Below, in pieces: positions 25,745 through 34,912 of a stretch of 64,000 nucleotides of DNA. The position numbers were made by a program, and so were the translations under genes. Location of the stretch: positions 29,192 through 93,191 of IMG/VR virus record IMGVR_UViG_2775507097_000001; one strand, written 5' to 3'. The notes below the pieces were generated by a model. That model was given only the letters and a program-made list of their open reading frames with translations. It searched no databases and was not told where the DNA came from. Within the stretch, counting starts at the first letter, position 1. The number at the start of each line of letters is the position of its first letter. The stretch is from a virus. Its lineage: Duplodnaviria > Caudoviricetes.

Positions 25745-26281
25745 ATGTCTGAGCTGACTGATGCGTCTGCCGTGCCGCCGATGCCCGAGAATCCGCCTGC
25801 TGCAGGGAGGCGTTGGCCGCGTCCACTGGTGACCGGGCTTGCCGGTCTCGCCGTCGGGGTGGTTGCGGTGGGCCTGGCGTGGGGCCTATCCAGCGGCGGC
25901 GGCGCAGGGACATCGCCGGGCGCGAAACCGGTGAAGACCTTCACCATGAAGGGCGACATGAAGCTGGTGCTCAGCCTGCACGAGGCGCTGCAGCAGCTGT
26001 CTCAGGGCGGCCAGTGCATGCCACGCCATAGCGGCCCGTACATGGACATCCAGGAAGGCGCCACTGTGACGGTGTACAGCGCCAGCGGAAAGGTCGTTGC
26101 GACGGGCGCGCTTCAGCAGGGCGTGCCGAGCGCCACGGATTGCACGTTCCCTTTCACGGCCAGCGGCGTGCCCGAGGGTGAAAAGTTCTACCAGGTAGAG
26201 GTCGAGCACTCGGGAAGGAAGCCGGTGTCGGCGCAGAAGGCCCGCCAGGGCGAGGTCCTCATCGAGCTCAAGTCGGGCTGA
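25745..26281 (+). CDS. Membrane-anchored extracellular protein (moron)
   Basis: Single TM helix, then C.....Y.DI..GA.VTVY...GKVVATG.L...C.F.F....VP....FY.VEV; opposite strand to its neighbours. Confidence 0.8.
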   Translation: MSELTDASAVPPMPENPPAAGRRWPRPLVTGLAGLAVGVVAVGLAWGLSSGGGAGTSPGAKPVKTFTMKGDMKLVLSLHEALQQLSQGGQCMPRHSGPYMDIQEGATVTVYSASGKVVATGALQQGVPSATDCTFPFTASGVPEGEKFYQVEVEHSGRKPVSAQKARQGEVLIELKSG

Positions 26282-26296
26282 GGCTGGGCGGTCTGT

Positions 26297-26563
26297 TCAG
26301 TCGTCGGCGCGCCAGTGCCAGGTGCCGCCATCTTCGGCGGACCCCTCGTAGGCGACCTGCTCGTTGAAGAACATCCCTGTGGGGTTGAGCACAGCCAGGC
26401 TCACCACGGCTGGCGCTGTAGTGACGCCATGCTCGTCTTTGCCCCGGTCGGTGCCCGCCACAACCGCGGTGATGACCGCTGCGCGGCACTCCTTGCCGTA
26501 CTCGCCGCCAGGGGTGCCGTAGCTGACGTAGTGGACGATGTCGCCGACGCTGGGCTCAGGCAT
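26297..26563 (-). CDS. Hypothetical phage protein
   Basis: PSVG.IVHYVSYGTPGGEY..CRAA...GTWHW. Confidence 0.75.
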   Translation of the reverse strand: MPEPSVGDIVHYVSYGTPGGEYGKECRAAVITAVVAGTDRGKDEHGVTTAPAVVSLAVLNPTGMFFNEQVAYEGSAEDGGTWHWRADD

Positions 26564-26609
26564 CGAGTGTCCTTCGGGAGCGGAGGCGGATGAAGGCCGA
26601 TCAGCGAGG

Positions 26610-26966
26610 CTAGCTGAATTCGCGGTCGTTGAAGTCGTGGCCGCAGGACTTGAAGTCGTTGGCGCTGGTCCTGCCGTACTGCCGTTCGGGGGGCCGGTTG
26701 AGGTGGTCGATGCCGTCGGCCTTGGCGTGGGCCAGGTCGAGCAGCTCGGCGAGGCTGCATTCTCGGCCGTACTCATCGACGATGGGCCCGGACAGTGCGC
26801 GTCGCACCCAGTGGGCGAAGACTTCGTCGCGCGGCCATTCGGGGTCGGCGCGGAACAGGAATCGCCAGCCTGCGGACGACTTGCCGAGGTGGATGCGCTC
26901 GGATTCCGCGCAGTGCTCGCAGGCGTTGGGGCAGGACGGGGTGTTGACGTAGTAGTTGGTGCCCAT
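26610..26966 (-). CDS. Hypothetical phage protein
   Basis: MGTNYY...HLGKSS.GW.F.F...I.DEYG. Confidence 0.75.
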   Translation of the reverse strand: MGTNYYVNTPSCPNACEHCAESERIHLGKSSAGWRFLFRADPEWPRDEVFAHWVRRALSGPIVDEYGRECSLAELLDLAHAKADGIDHLNRPPERQYGRTSANDFKSCGHDFNDREFS

Positions 26967-26968
26967 GG

Positions 26969-27793
26969 TCAGCTCCAGGTCCAGCCGCGCACGTACTCGA
27001 TGTCCATCTGGGCGCTGGTGTTCGGCTTCGGCGCGGCGCCTTCGAGGGCGGTCTCGTTCTGGATGTCCCAGCTCATCGGCGTGTTGGGGACCGCGGTGGT
27101 GCTGTGGCCGGCCGTGCGCCCGTCGATGGTCAGGGTGACGCTGCCGGGCTGCCAGGTGATCACGGTGGTGTGCCAGTCGGTCCACTTCGCGCGGGCGTCG
27201 TAGGCGTCCTGGTCGCCGCCGATGCTGTTGAGGTGGTGGGCGTAGCCGTTGACGCTGCCCGTCCAATTCCCCTCGGGGAAGTCGATCTCACAGTTCGGGC
27301 AGGCGCTGTCCGTCACGGGCCAGAGCAGGTGCGCGCTCTTGTAGCCGGTCGCGGCCTTGGAGACTCGCCACCGTTCTTCGTACCGCCCGTACCGCTGGCC
27401 CATCAGGGCCTTGGGTACGACGGTCGCGGAGTGGACGGGGCCGCTGGCGCCGCGCCACATGCGGATGTGGAGCTGGCCGCCGGAGATCCACAGGGTGGTG
27501 GCGGGGTCGTAGTAGCCGCCGACCGGGTAGTTGCGCTGGGTGGCGGTGTCGGGCCAGCCCGCGGGGTACGTCCACCAGGCGGCGCGGACGCTGCCGGTGA
27601 GGCCGCCGCAGTACGCCTTCGGGGTGTCCGCGGCGTGGTTGCAGTCCGTGAAGTGGCCCTTGGCGACGGGGGTGTTGAATCCGTCGGCGTAGCGGAGGTG
27701 CCAGGTTGGGGTGCTGCCGGCCGCGGTGGGTGCGGTGAGGCTGGCGAGCAGGAGGCCGGCGGCGAGTGCGGCGGTGGTGAGGATGCGGCGCAT
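26969..27793 (-). CDS. Secreted glycoside hydrolase family 16-like protein
   Basis: Signal peptide; YGRYE.R, catalytic EIDFPE (ExDxxE), WHT....W.PG. Confidence 0.8.
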   Translation of the reverse strand: MRRILTTAALAAGLLLASLTAPTAAGSTPTWHLRYADGFNTPVAKGHFTDCNHAADTPKAYCGGLTGSVRAAWWTYPAGWPDTATQRNYPVGGYYDPATTLWISGGQLHIRMWRGASGPVHSATVVPKALMGQRYGRYEERWRVSKAATGYKSAHLLWPVTDSACPNCEIDFPEGNWTGSVNGYAHHLNSIGGDQDAYDARAKWTDWHTTVITWQPGSVTLTIDGRTAGHSTTAVPNTPMSWDIQNETALEGAAPKPNTSAQMDIEYVRGWTWS

Positions 27794-27806
27794 GGCACCC
27801 CCAGGT

Positions 27807-28046
27807 CTATGGCGTGGTGTTGCTGGGTGTGGGGTCCGACGCTCTCGGTGTAGTGGTCGGCGTGGGTGTGGGCGAGGGCGACACGGGCGGGGTCGGCTGG
27901 AGTGTCGTGGATGGCGCCGTGCTCGGCGACTTGCTCGGTGTTGCCGTTGTGGTGCTGGGTGCCGGGCTGGGGTTGTCGTGGGTGCAGGCGACGGGTCCGA
28001 CGAGGAATCCGGCGACGAACAGGGCGGTGATGAGGGGGCGGCGCAC
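27807..28046 (-). CDS. Small Pro/Thr-rich lipoprotein
   Basis: MRR, hydrophobic stretch and VAC lipobox. Confidence 0.65.
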   Translation of the reverse strand: MRRPLITALFVAGFLVGPVACTHDNPSPAPSTTTATPSKSPSTAPSTTLQPTPPVSPSPTPTPTTTPRASDPTPSNTTP

Positions 28047-28220
28047 GGTTCTCCTCGTATGGGGTGTTGGCGAGTCCCGCCGCCCTCGGCGGGGGTCCGA
28101 TCGGGCGGCGGGACGCTCAGGGTTTGTGTCCGCCCGGTCCCCTTCCCAAGGGCCGGGCGGACGTGGGCCGAGCGCGTGGCGCTTCGAGGCCCGTCCCTGC
28201 GGCGCCCACCGCAGGGAGAT

Positions 28221-28460
28221 CTAGGCGGCGTCGACGATCCGGGTCCGTCCCTTGATTTCGGGCGGCGGCGTCGGGGTGATGACCTCTCGGGTTTCCTTGT
28301 CACGCTCGGCTGGGTCGATCTCCATGAGGTCGTAGCGGGCGTTCTTGCCCTTGCCGTAAACCTTGATGCGGCCTTCGGATGCCCAGCGCCAAATGGTGCC
28401 GACGGGTCGTCCTGTCCAGAAGGCGACGTCGGCGGCTGTGGCGAGCGCTACGGAGGGCAT
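28221..28460 (-). CDS. Small HTH DNA-binding protein
   Basis: TGRPVGTIWRWASEGRI...ARYD. Confidence 0.75.
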   Translation of the reverse strand: MPSVALATAADVAFWTGRPVGTIWRWASEGRIKVYGKGKNARYDLMEIDPAERDKETREVITPTPPPEIKGRTRIVDAA

Positions 28461-28586
28461 GGTCACCTCCAGATACGACGAAGGCCACCCGTGTGGAGGG
28501 TGGCCTTAGCGCGAAAGTCGTGCGATCTAAGCAGAGCCTGACTTCGCGATCACTGATTGTCAAGCCCATACGGCTTTTTGCGCCCC

Positions 28587-29360
28587 TCACGCCACTTTAC
28601 GGCGCCCTTCAGCGAGCGACCTGAGATCGGATAGCAAGTAGAGGCTCACGCCGTCGTCGTCTACCACGAAGGGTTTCAGCTTGCCTCGGTGTTGCCATAC
28701 GGCCGCCGTGTTGTGGCGGATGCCCAGGAGACTGGTTGCTTCCCTGAGGGTGGACAGGTCCGGCTGGAGGGGAGGCCCGGGTGTTACGGCAGCAGTGGCG
28801 GGTCTGCGTTCCAGCCCCGCCAGCGTGGGCCATTCCGGGTCCGGGGGACCGAACTGATCCGCCACAGCTGCAATGTGCGCATCTAGCGCTTCATCGCGAC
28901 GGAAGTACTCTCCCCTGCTGGTCACCCGGATGTTGCGGAATTGCTGGTGACGCAGCGACTCCCCTTCGCGGCCGCCGGGTTCCCAGGCAAGCACCTCGTC
29001 GGGGAGCAGTGCTTCGAACCTCTTGTACGGGCTGGTTGTCGTCCCGATTTTCACGAGGCGCCCGCGGAGGGCGTAGTACACGATCGATGCGGGGATGCGC
29101 CCCGGCTGGCGTGCGGCTGCCAGCCGCTGTTGCTCCGCAAACTTCTCCCGACCCGCCTCTACGGCTGCGCCAACCTCTTGCATCGTCAGCGTTCCCCGCT
29201 CTGTGCGCTTTTGCTGGAGCTGGACTGCGATGAAGGTGAATGCCGGGTCGTCTGTGTCGATCAAGTCCATGAGGGTCTGGATACTGCGCCGAACACCATC
29301 TCCGACACGGATCCTCTCCTGCCAGTCTCGGGACAGGCGAGGTCGCCTAAGCTGTGGCAT
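28587..29360 (-). CDS. GIY-YIG/T5orf172-like domain protein with C-terminal HTH
   Basis: VYY.....VKIGTT....R...E...H.QF......GEYF; C-terminal LREA..LLGI..NT...W..RGKL. Confidence 0.75.
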   Translation of the reverse strand: MPQLRRPRLSRDWQERIRVGDGVRRSIQTLMDLIDTDDPAFTFIAVQLQQKRTERGTLTMQEVGAAVEAGREKFAEQQRLAAARQPGRIPASIVYYALRGRLVKIGTTTSPYKRFEALLPDEVLAWEPGGREGESLRHQQFRNIRVTSRGEYFRRDEALDAHIAAVADQFGPPDPEWPTLAGLERRPATAAVTPGPPLQPDLSTLREATSLLGIRHNTAAVWQHRGKLKPFVVDDDGVSLYLLSDLRSLAEGRRKVA

Positions 29361-29472
29361 GTCGATCTCCTCTGAAGGTCGGCCACGCCCCGGGATCGGT
29401 CGCACGGTCGCCGGGGTCTCAACTGTCCCAATTCTACCGGCTTTTGGATCTATTCGCCGGGATTCTTGCAGG

Positions 29473-29913
29473 TCATTCGGGGTGGCAGCAGTTCATGGCG
29501 TCGCATTCGTCCGGCAGATGCCAGTCGCCTCGACACCCGCACGGGCAGCCGCCCATCTTCCCGGAGGCGATGAGCTTGCGGGCTTTGGCGAGGAGCAGGT
29601 TCTCGGGGATCGGGCCGAGCTGGGCTTCGAGGACGGCGTGGACGTTCCACCGCATGCGCCAGTTCATGGACGAGGTGCCGGGGGTGCGCCGGACGGCGTC
29701 GAGGAACGCCTCGTCGGGGATGTCCTTGCACTGCATCGGGCGGCCGTGGACGAGACGGATTCCGTCGGGACGTACGGTGCCCTCGCGCAGGTCGGGGTGG
29801 AAGGCGAACATGAAGGACGCTTGTGCCTTCTGTAGGGCGTCGACTGCGCGGCTTGCGTCGATGGTGATCTCGATCGTTACAGGCTCGGGCTCGTCTTCAG
29901 GCTGCTCGTTCAC
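29473..29913 (-). CDS. Hypothetical protein
   Basis: MQCKDIPD...GCPCGCRGD; GTG coupled to the upstream stop. Confidence 0.7.
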   Translation of the reverse strand: MNEQPEDEPEPVTIEITIDASRAVDALQKAQASFMFAFHPDLREGTVRPDGIRLVHGRPMQCKDIPDEAFLDAVRRTPGTSSMNWRMRWNVHAVLEAQLGPIPENLLLAKARKLIASGKMGGCPCGCRGDWHLPDECDAMNCCHPE

Positions 29914-30257
29914 GGCGTCCACTCCTCGCCTTTGTGGTCGGGGTGCCCGGCAAACGGCTGGGCCAGGAGGCACAGTGTCTTCTCGGCCGCGTCCAGTGCC
30001 CCGTAGTGGTCGACTTCCGTGTCGCCCTCCGCGGCCGTGAGCATCCCGACCATGTGGTCGATGAGGGCGAGCTTGGCTTCGACGTCGGCAAGGACGCGGG
30101 CAGGTAGACCACAGTTGCAGGCGCCTGTCTCGTTGTTTGGGTGCAGGACGTCAGGCAAGGACTCGCAGTCTCTGTGATGCGACTCTTCCCATACGTCCTG
30201 CTGACGGGCAGCATCCTCGGCGAGCCGTGCCCGCAGGAAGTCGGCGATCTCGTTCAC
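29910..30257 (-). CDS. DUF6221-like protein
   Basis: FLRARL.ED, RVLADV.AK, LA.PF..HPD....W. Confidence 0.8.
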   Translation of the reverse strand: MNEIADFLRARLAEDAARQQDVWEESHHRDCESLPDVLHPNNETGACNCGLPARVLADVEAKLALIDHMVGMLTAAEGDTEVDHYGALDAAEKTLCLLAQPFAGHPDHKGEEWTP

Positions 30258-30457
30258 GGCTGTCTCCTGACTGTGGGCCGTCCGCCGATCCCGGTTTTGA
30301 TGCTGCCGCCGGGGTGGAGGTGGCCGTCGGCTTGGGCGAGCATGTCGAGGCCGCGTCCGAGGACGGCGACGGGGTCTTCGCCGCGGTAGCAGCGGCGGAG
30401 GATCTGCCACATGCGGATTGTGGGCTGTACGAGGGGCAGGGAGCGCAACCCGGTCAC
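30254..30457 (-). CDS. Small hypothetical protein
   Basis: Bounded by GTGA overlaps at both ends. Confidence 0.45.
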   Translation of the reverse strand: MTGLRSLPLVQPTIRMWQILRRCYRGEDPVAVLGRGLDMLAQADGHLHPGGSIKTGIGGRPTVRRQP

Positions 30458-31161
30458 GCTGCGACTCCTGCCGTCTCGGCAAGCACTTGTTCTTGTGCGG
30501 CGCGGAGTTGGCGCCACTCTCCCAGGGTTTCCCAGCGGGTTCCGCAGGTGGCGCATCGGACGCGGTGGGAGGTGGCTGTGGCGGTCAGTGGCTGTCCGCA
30601 GAGGGTGTTGTCGGTGCGGGTGGGGCATAGGCCGATGGCGACGCGGCCGGGCCGGCGTTCGTTGTTGACGATGGCGGTGCATTCGCCGTGGAGTTTGCGG
30701 AGGTCGTCGATGTCCTGGCCGACGGATTCGTAGCTGGAGCAGGCCCAGAGCAGGTTGTTGGCGAGGAACGTGGCGTGGGCGGGTACGGCCTGGGCGGGGC
30801 TGCCGCGCCAGGGGGCGACTGTCCAGCCGAGCGCGTTGCGCCACGCGTCCTCGATGTCACGGAGCCGGGCTGCGACGCCGCCGGGGCCGACGAGGGCGAG
30901 AACTTCGAGCCGGGGCGGGATGGGCGGGGTCTTCGAGCCGGAGCTGCCGCCGCCTATCCGGCGGGCGCCGCGCATGAGGGCGGCTGCGGTGTTGAGCTGC
31001 CGGAACAGGGTGGGGAGTTCGGTGATGCGGCGGCTGGTGGCGTCTTCGCAGGGCCGGCAGGCCTGGCGTCCGGTTTCGGTGATCCAGAGTTGCCGGTTGC
31101 AGCGGGGGGTGCTGCAGGTCGGCCACAAATAGTCGTCGAGCGCGGTGGGCTGGTCGTGCAC
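30454..31161 (-). CDS. Zn-finger protein; possible late-gene regulator
   Basis: Four Cys pairs (C....C, C..C, CP......C, C..CGT.W); sits at the early/late boundary. Confidence 0.65.
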   Translation of the reverse strand: MHDQPTALDDYLWPTCSTPRCNRQLWITETGRQACRPCEDATSRRITELPTLFRQLNTAAALMRGARRIGGGSSGSKTPPIPPRLEVLALVGPGGVAARLRDIEDAWRNALGWTVAPWRGSPAQAVPAHATFLANNLLWACSSYESVGQDIDDLRKLHGECTAIVNNERRPGRVAIGLCPTRTDNTLCGQPLTATATSHRVRCATCGTRWETLGEWRQLRAAQEQVLAETAGVAA

Positions 31162-31497
31162 GGTCGGCTCCCTCGTCTGCGGGCCGGCCCCGCTGCCCGG
31201 GGGAAGTTGGGCGAGCCGGAGCACTTCGGCTTGGTGTTGATGCTGTCGCAGGTTGGGGGGTTTGTCTGAGACGCCTTCCCCCGGGCGGGACCGTGAGCGC
31301 GCATGAGGCGGCCCCGCCGGTCTGGGGATGACTGGCGGGGCCGGTGTGCTCGGGGCCTGGGGAGGGCTGGTCCGAGCTGGGTGTTGCGCGGCTTGCGGTG
31401 CTTGGGGCGGGGGGACGCTTCCGGAGCTCCGGGCCGTGCACGTCTGATGGTGGCGTACGGGCGGGGCTTTGTCTGAGCCGCTTCCCCCGGGGCTGGC

Positions 31498-32166
31498 TCA
31501 CCGCCAGGGCGGGAGCCCGCCGTTGGCCCACTGCACGAGCGCGTCGCCGTTGATGAGGCGGATCGGCTGGGGCAGCATCGCGTTGGTGTCGACGGCGGCG
31601 CGGGTGAAACCGGCGGTGGTGACGATGGCGGCAGCGTGGCAGTGGTGGATGTCGCGGTAGACGCCGTTGGTGGTCTGGACGACCGGGGAGCCGACGTTGT
31701 TGCCGTCCTGGTGGTGCTTGCACTGGATGAGGATGCGGCGTCCGTCGTTGAGGTGGACGAGGACGTCGGCGCCGCGGTCGTTGGCCTGGCCTACGGCGGT
31801 GGCTCGGGTGACGGAGGGGTCCTTCTGGGCGAGTTCGGCGATGGCGCGTTCGAAGCGGGCCGGGGTCATGCGGTGGAAGGCGTCCAGGGTGCGGCGGCCG
31901 CGGGCGGGCAGCGCGGGTCGGTAGAAGCTGAGGCCGTTGATCCTCTCGATGAGCGGGGCGAGGCGGCGGGGCCGGACGGCGCGCAGGACGAGCAGGGCAC
32001 CTATCAGGGCAAGTGTGGTGGCGGTGAGGACGGGCCAGGTCTTGGCGATGCCCATGAGGGTGATGGCGATGCCCGCCCACCACCAGCCGAGGCGGGGTAA
32101 GCGGCGCCGGTAGCGGGTTCGGGTGGGGCGCTTGGTGCGGCGGGTCGTGTTGTGGGTGGCGGTCAT
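31498..32166 (-). CDS. Membrane-anchored Mrr-like restriction endonuclease domain protein
   Basis: Two TM helices, then FE..IA.L, VG..NDRGADV, IQCK, VTTA.FT..A, LING..L..W. Confidence 0.88.
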   Translation of the reverse strand: MTATHNTTRRTKRPTRTRYRRRLPRLGWWWAGIAITLMGIAKTWPVLTATTLALIGALLVLRAVRPRRLAPLIERINGLSFYRPALPARGRRTLDAFHRMTPARFERAIAELAQKDPSVTRATAVGQANDRGADVLVHLNDGRRILIQCKHHQDGNNVGSPVVQTTNGVYRDIHHCHAAAIVTTAGFTRAAVDTNAMLPQPIRLINGDALVQWANGGLPPWR

Positions 32167-32198
32167 GAGGGTCTCCAGGTGAGGGGCGGGGGCGATGG

Positions 32199-34478
32199 CT
32201 ACGCGTCGGTGTCGTCCGGGGCCGGGCCGAGGCCGTAGTAGCCGCGGACTTCCTTGCCGTTCTCGGTCTGGCGGTGGATCTTGTCGGCCTTGACGAGGCG
32301 GGAAAGCGCGTTGTCGAAGGTGGATCCCTGGACTCCTGCGAGCTTGGCGATCTCGTTCTTGTCCTTGTAGATGACGTCGATGCCGAGTGGGTCGGAGACG
32401 TCCTCGAGTGCCCGCAGGATCTTGTCGTCGGCGCTGGCGGGCTTCTTCGGGGTGAGGTCGATGCCGCTGAACAGGACGGAGCTGCCGCCGTCTTGGTCGT
32501 CGCTGTCCTCGTCGCTGGGCAGGACGGAGCGGGCGGCGAGTTCATGCCGGTCGTCCCAGAACGGCCAGTCGGCGGGGTGGGTGATGTTGTTGGTGTCGAT
32601 GTAGGGGGCGGCGTCCTCGAGGATCCACATCCGCATCATCTCGGCGTGTCCGCCGGGGCTGGCGGCGAAGGCGAGGCCGAAGGTCCGCTCGGGGTCGTCC
32701 GGCGGGGTGTTGGGGTCGTACACCATTTCGCGGTCGCCGGACCAGGCCGGGGGGATGTCGGCGGGGTTGCAGCCGGCGAAGTTCTCCGGCAGGTCGATGA
32801 GGGTCTTCTGCTGGGAGTCAGAGCGCAGCAGGATGAGGGATCCGCCGTAGAAGATGTTGTCGCGGATGGCTGCTTCGCCTCCGAGCTGGTCGAGTTGCAT
32901 GATCTGGTTGGCGAGGATGATCGGCATGCCCATGGAGCGGCCCAGGCTGGCGCCGGCCTTGATGATGAACTTGGCTTCCTTGCGGTGTTCGGCGCTCTCT
33001 CCGAGGAGCTGGCTGGCCTCGTCGAAGATGAGGGGCGCCCAGGGGCGTTCGGGGCTGGGCTGGAAGTTCTTCATCTGGTCGCGTGCGGACTGTTCCACGC
33101 GGTGCATGAGGCCGTGGTACCAGATGCGCAGGGAGCCCATGGCGTCGTCGATTCCGAGGCCGGGGTGGGCGGCCATTTTGGTGATGGCTGGGTTGGAGGA
33201 TCCCTTTGGGTCGGCGTAGATGATCGCGGATCCGTTGACGTGGTGGGCGAGGGCGATGAGCTGGAGGGTGCCGCCCTTTCCGGATCCGGTGACGCCGGCG
33301 ACAAGGACGTGCTGGGAGCCCAGGGCGGGGTCGTGGAGCTGGATGCGGGCGGGGAAGCCGGAGACGCCGGGGCCGATCTGGATGTAGCCGTTCTTGTTGG
33401 GCTTCAGGACGTGCAGGCCGGGGAACGCGGCGCCTTTCTGGAGGGGGTTGTGGGTCATCTTGCGGATGACGGCTTCGCGGGGGTTTTGGCGGGGCTCGTA
33501 GGAGATGAGGATCGGGGTGGTGCGGAGGGCTCCGGCGAGGGCGTTGCGGTCGGGGTGCGGAAGTCGGTCGAGGTCTTCACCTGCGACGACGAGGGCGACC
33601 TGGCCGCCGGTGTTCGGGTCGTCCTGGACGTTCTCCAGCTTGGTGCCGGCCATGAGGCCGCCGGGCTTTGACACCCACTTGCGCCATGCGCCAGTGAGGG
33701 TGGTGGGGTCGAGTTCGGCGGGTGCGACGAGGTTGACGGTGATGTGGCGTTCGCCGGCGTGGGCGCCGTGCTTGAGCTTGATCCAGCTGGGGTCCCGCTT
33801 GAAGAGGCTGGAGATGGTTTCGGCTGTGACGGTGACGGAGGATCCGGCGGGGGCGGTGATGGTGCCGGTCCAGCGGGCGGGGCTGGTGGTGCGGACGGTG
33901 AGGTCCTGGCGTTTGTGGCTGCCGGTTTCGGTGTTGGAGATGTGGTCGTACCAGCGGCGTGCGATGCGGTCGGCGTCGGTGAGGGGCAGCGTGGCCGCGG
34001 CTGCGGCGGTCTGACCGACGGCGGCGGTGGTGGCGGTCTTGGGCGGGCGGCCGAAGAAGTTGCGGAGCTTCCACGGGACGATGCCGACCGCGGCCCACCA
34101 GCCGAGGGAGACGATCCCGGGGATGGAGGGCAGGCCGAGGATGCCGGCCATGAGGGCGTCGGCGCCATCGGATCCGAGGAGGGTGCCCATTCCGAGGGCC
34201 ATGCCAGTGGTGAGGGTGCTGATGAACATGGGGCTCTTGTGGGCCTGGACGATGTCCCCGGCGGGGAGGTTGCCGATCAGGCCTGCCGGTAGCCGGTTCA
34301 TGTAGTTGGCGGTCATGAATCCGGCGGCGCCGCCGTAGGCGATGGCCGCGGTGAAGGCCGCGCCGCCGTCGAGGAACGGCGCGATGATGCCGGTGGCAAG
34401 GGGTGCGGCGCTGGTGATGACGGCGATGGTGCGCTCTGCGGAGGCGGCGCGGGGCTGGGCGGCGGCGGGCGTGGTCAC
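32199..34478 (-). CDS. FtsK/TraB-like conjugative DNA translocase
   Basis: N-terminal TM helices; Walker A GVTGSGKG; DPKG; Walker B LIFDEA; GRS.G; C-terminal wHTH-like segment. Confidence 0.85.
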   Translation of the reverse strand: MTTPAAAQPRAASAERTIAVITSAAPLATGIIAPFLDGGAAFTAAIAYGGAAGFMTANYMNRLPAGLIGNLPAGDIVQAHKSPMFISTLTTGMALGMGTLLGSDGADALMAGILGLPSIPGIVSLGWWAAVGIVPWKLRNFFGRPPKTATTAAVGQTAAAAATLPLTDADRIARRWYDHISNTETGSHKRQDLTVRTTSPARWTGTITAPAGSSVTVTAETISSLFKRDPSWIKLKHGAHAGERHITVNLVAPAELDPTTLTGAWRKWVSKPGGLMAGTKLENVQDDPNTGGQVALVVAGEDLDRLPHPDRNALAGALRTTPILISYEPRQNPREAVIRKMTHNPLQKGAAFPGLHVLKPNKNGYIQIGPGVSGFPARIQLHDPALGSQHVLVAGVTGSGKGGTLQLIALAHHVNGSAIIYADPKGSSNPAITKMAAHPGLGIDDAMGSLRIWYHGLMHRVEQSARDQMKNFQPSPERPWAPLIFDEASQLLGESAEHRKEAKFIIKAGASLGRSMGMPIILANQIMQLDQLGGEAAIRDNIFYGGSLILLRSDSQQKTLIDLPENFAGCNPADIPPAWSGDREMVYDPNTPPDDPERTFGLAFAASPGGHAEMMRMWILEDAAPYIDTNNITHPADWPFWDDRHELAARSVLPSDEDSDDQDGGSSVLFSGIDLTPKKPASADDKILRALEDVSDPLGIDVIYKDKNEIAKLAGVQGSTFDNALSRLVKADKIHRQTENGKEVRGYYGLGPAPDDTDA

Positions 34479-34528
34479 GGCGTTCTCTCCTGGACTAGGG
34501 GTCGGTGCGGGCAGGGGGCGGGTGGGGG

Positions 34529-34912
34529 CTATTCCTGGGCGAACCAGGCGCGGTTGACGTCGTAGATGTGGCTGCCGACGGATGAGCGGCTGACGGCCTC
34601 TCCGATGCCGTGGTGGCTGTCCTTGTTCTGGTCGCGGGCTGCCTGTGCGGACCGGGCGGTGGTGTTGCTGGCGGCCGCGTAGCTGGTGGCTGCGGCCTCC
34701 AGACCGGCCATGATCTTGGCGAGGTCGCGGGTTTCGCCGACCGTGGCGGAGTCGACGCCCAGGGAGCCGATGCCGTCAGCGACCTGTCCGGTGTCCCGGG
34801 CCTCTTCGATCATGTTCGTGGCGTAGCCGCGGATTTCTTCACTGCTGCGGGCAACGTCCTTGGCGAGCGCTGCGGTGGCCTTGTCCAGCTGGGCGTAGGT
34901 CAGTTCAGGCAT
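34529..34912 (-). CDS. Transfer-module hypothetical protein (helical)
   Basis: Coupled directly upstream of the translocase; Ala-rich coiled coil. Confidence 0.7.
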   Translation of the reverse strand: MPELTYAQLDKATAALAKDVARSSEEIRGYATNMIEEARDTGQVADGIGSLGVDSATVGETRDLAKIMAGLEAAATSYAAASNTTARSAQAARDQNKDSHHGIGEAVSRSSVGSHIYDVNRAWFAQE

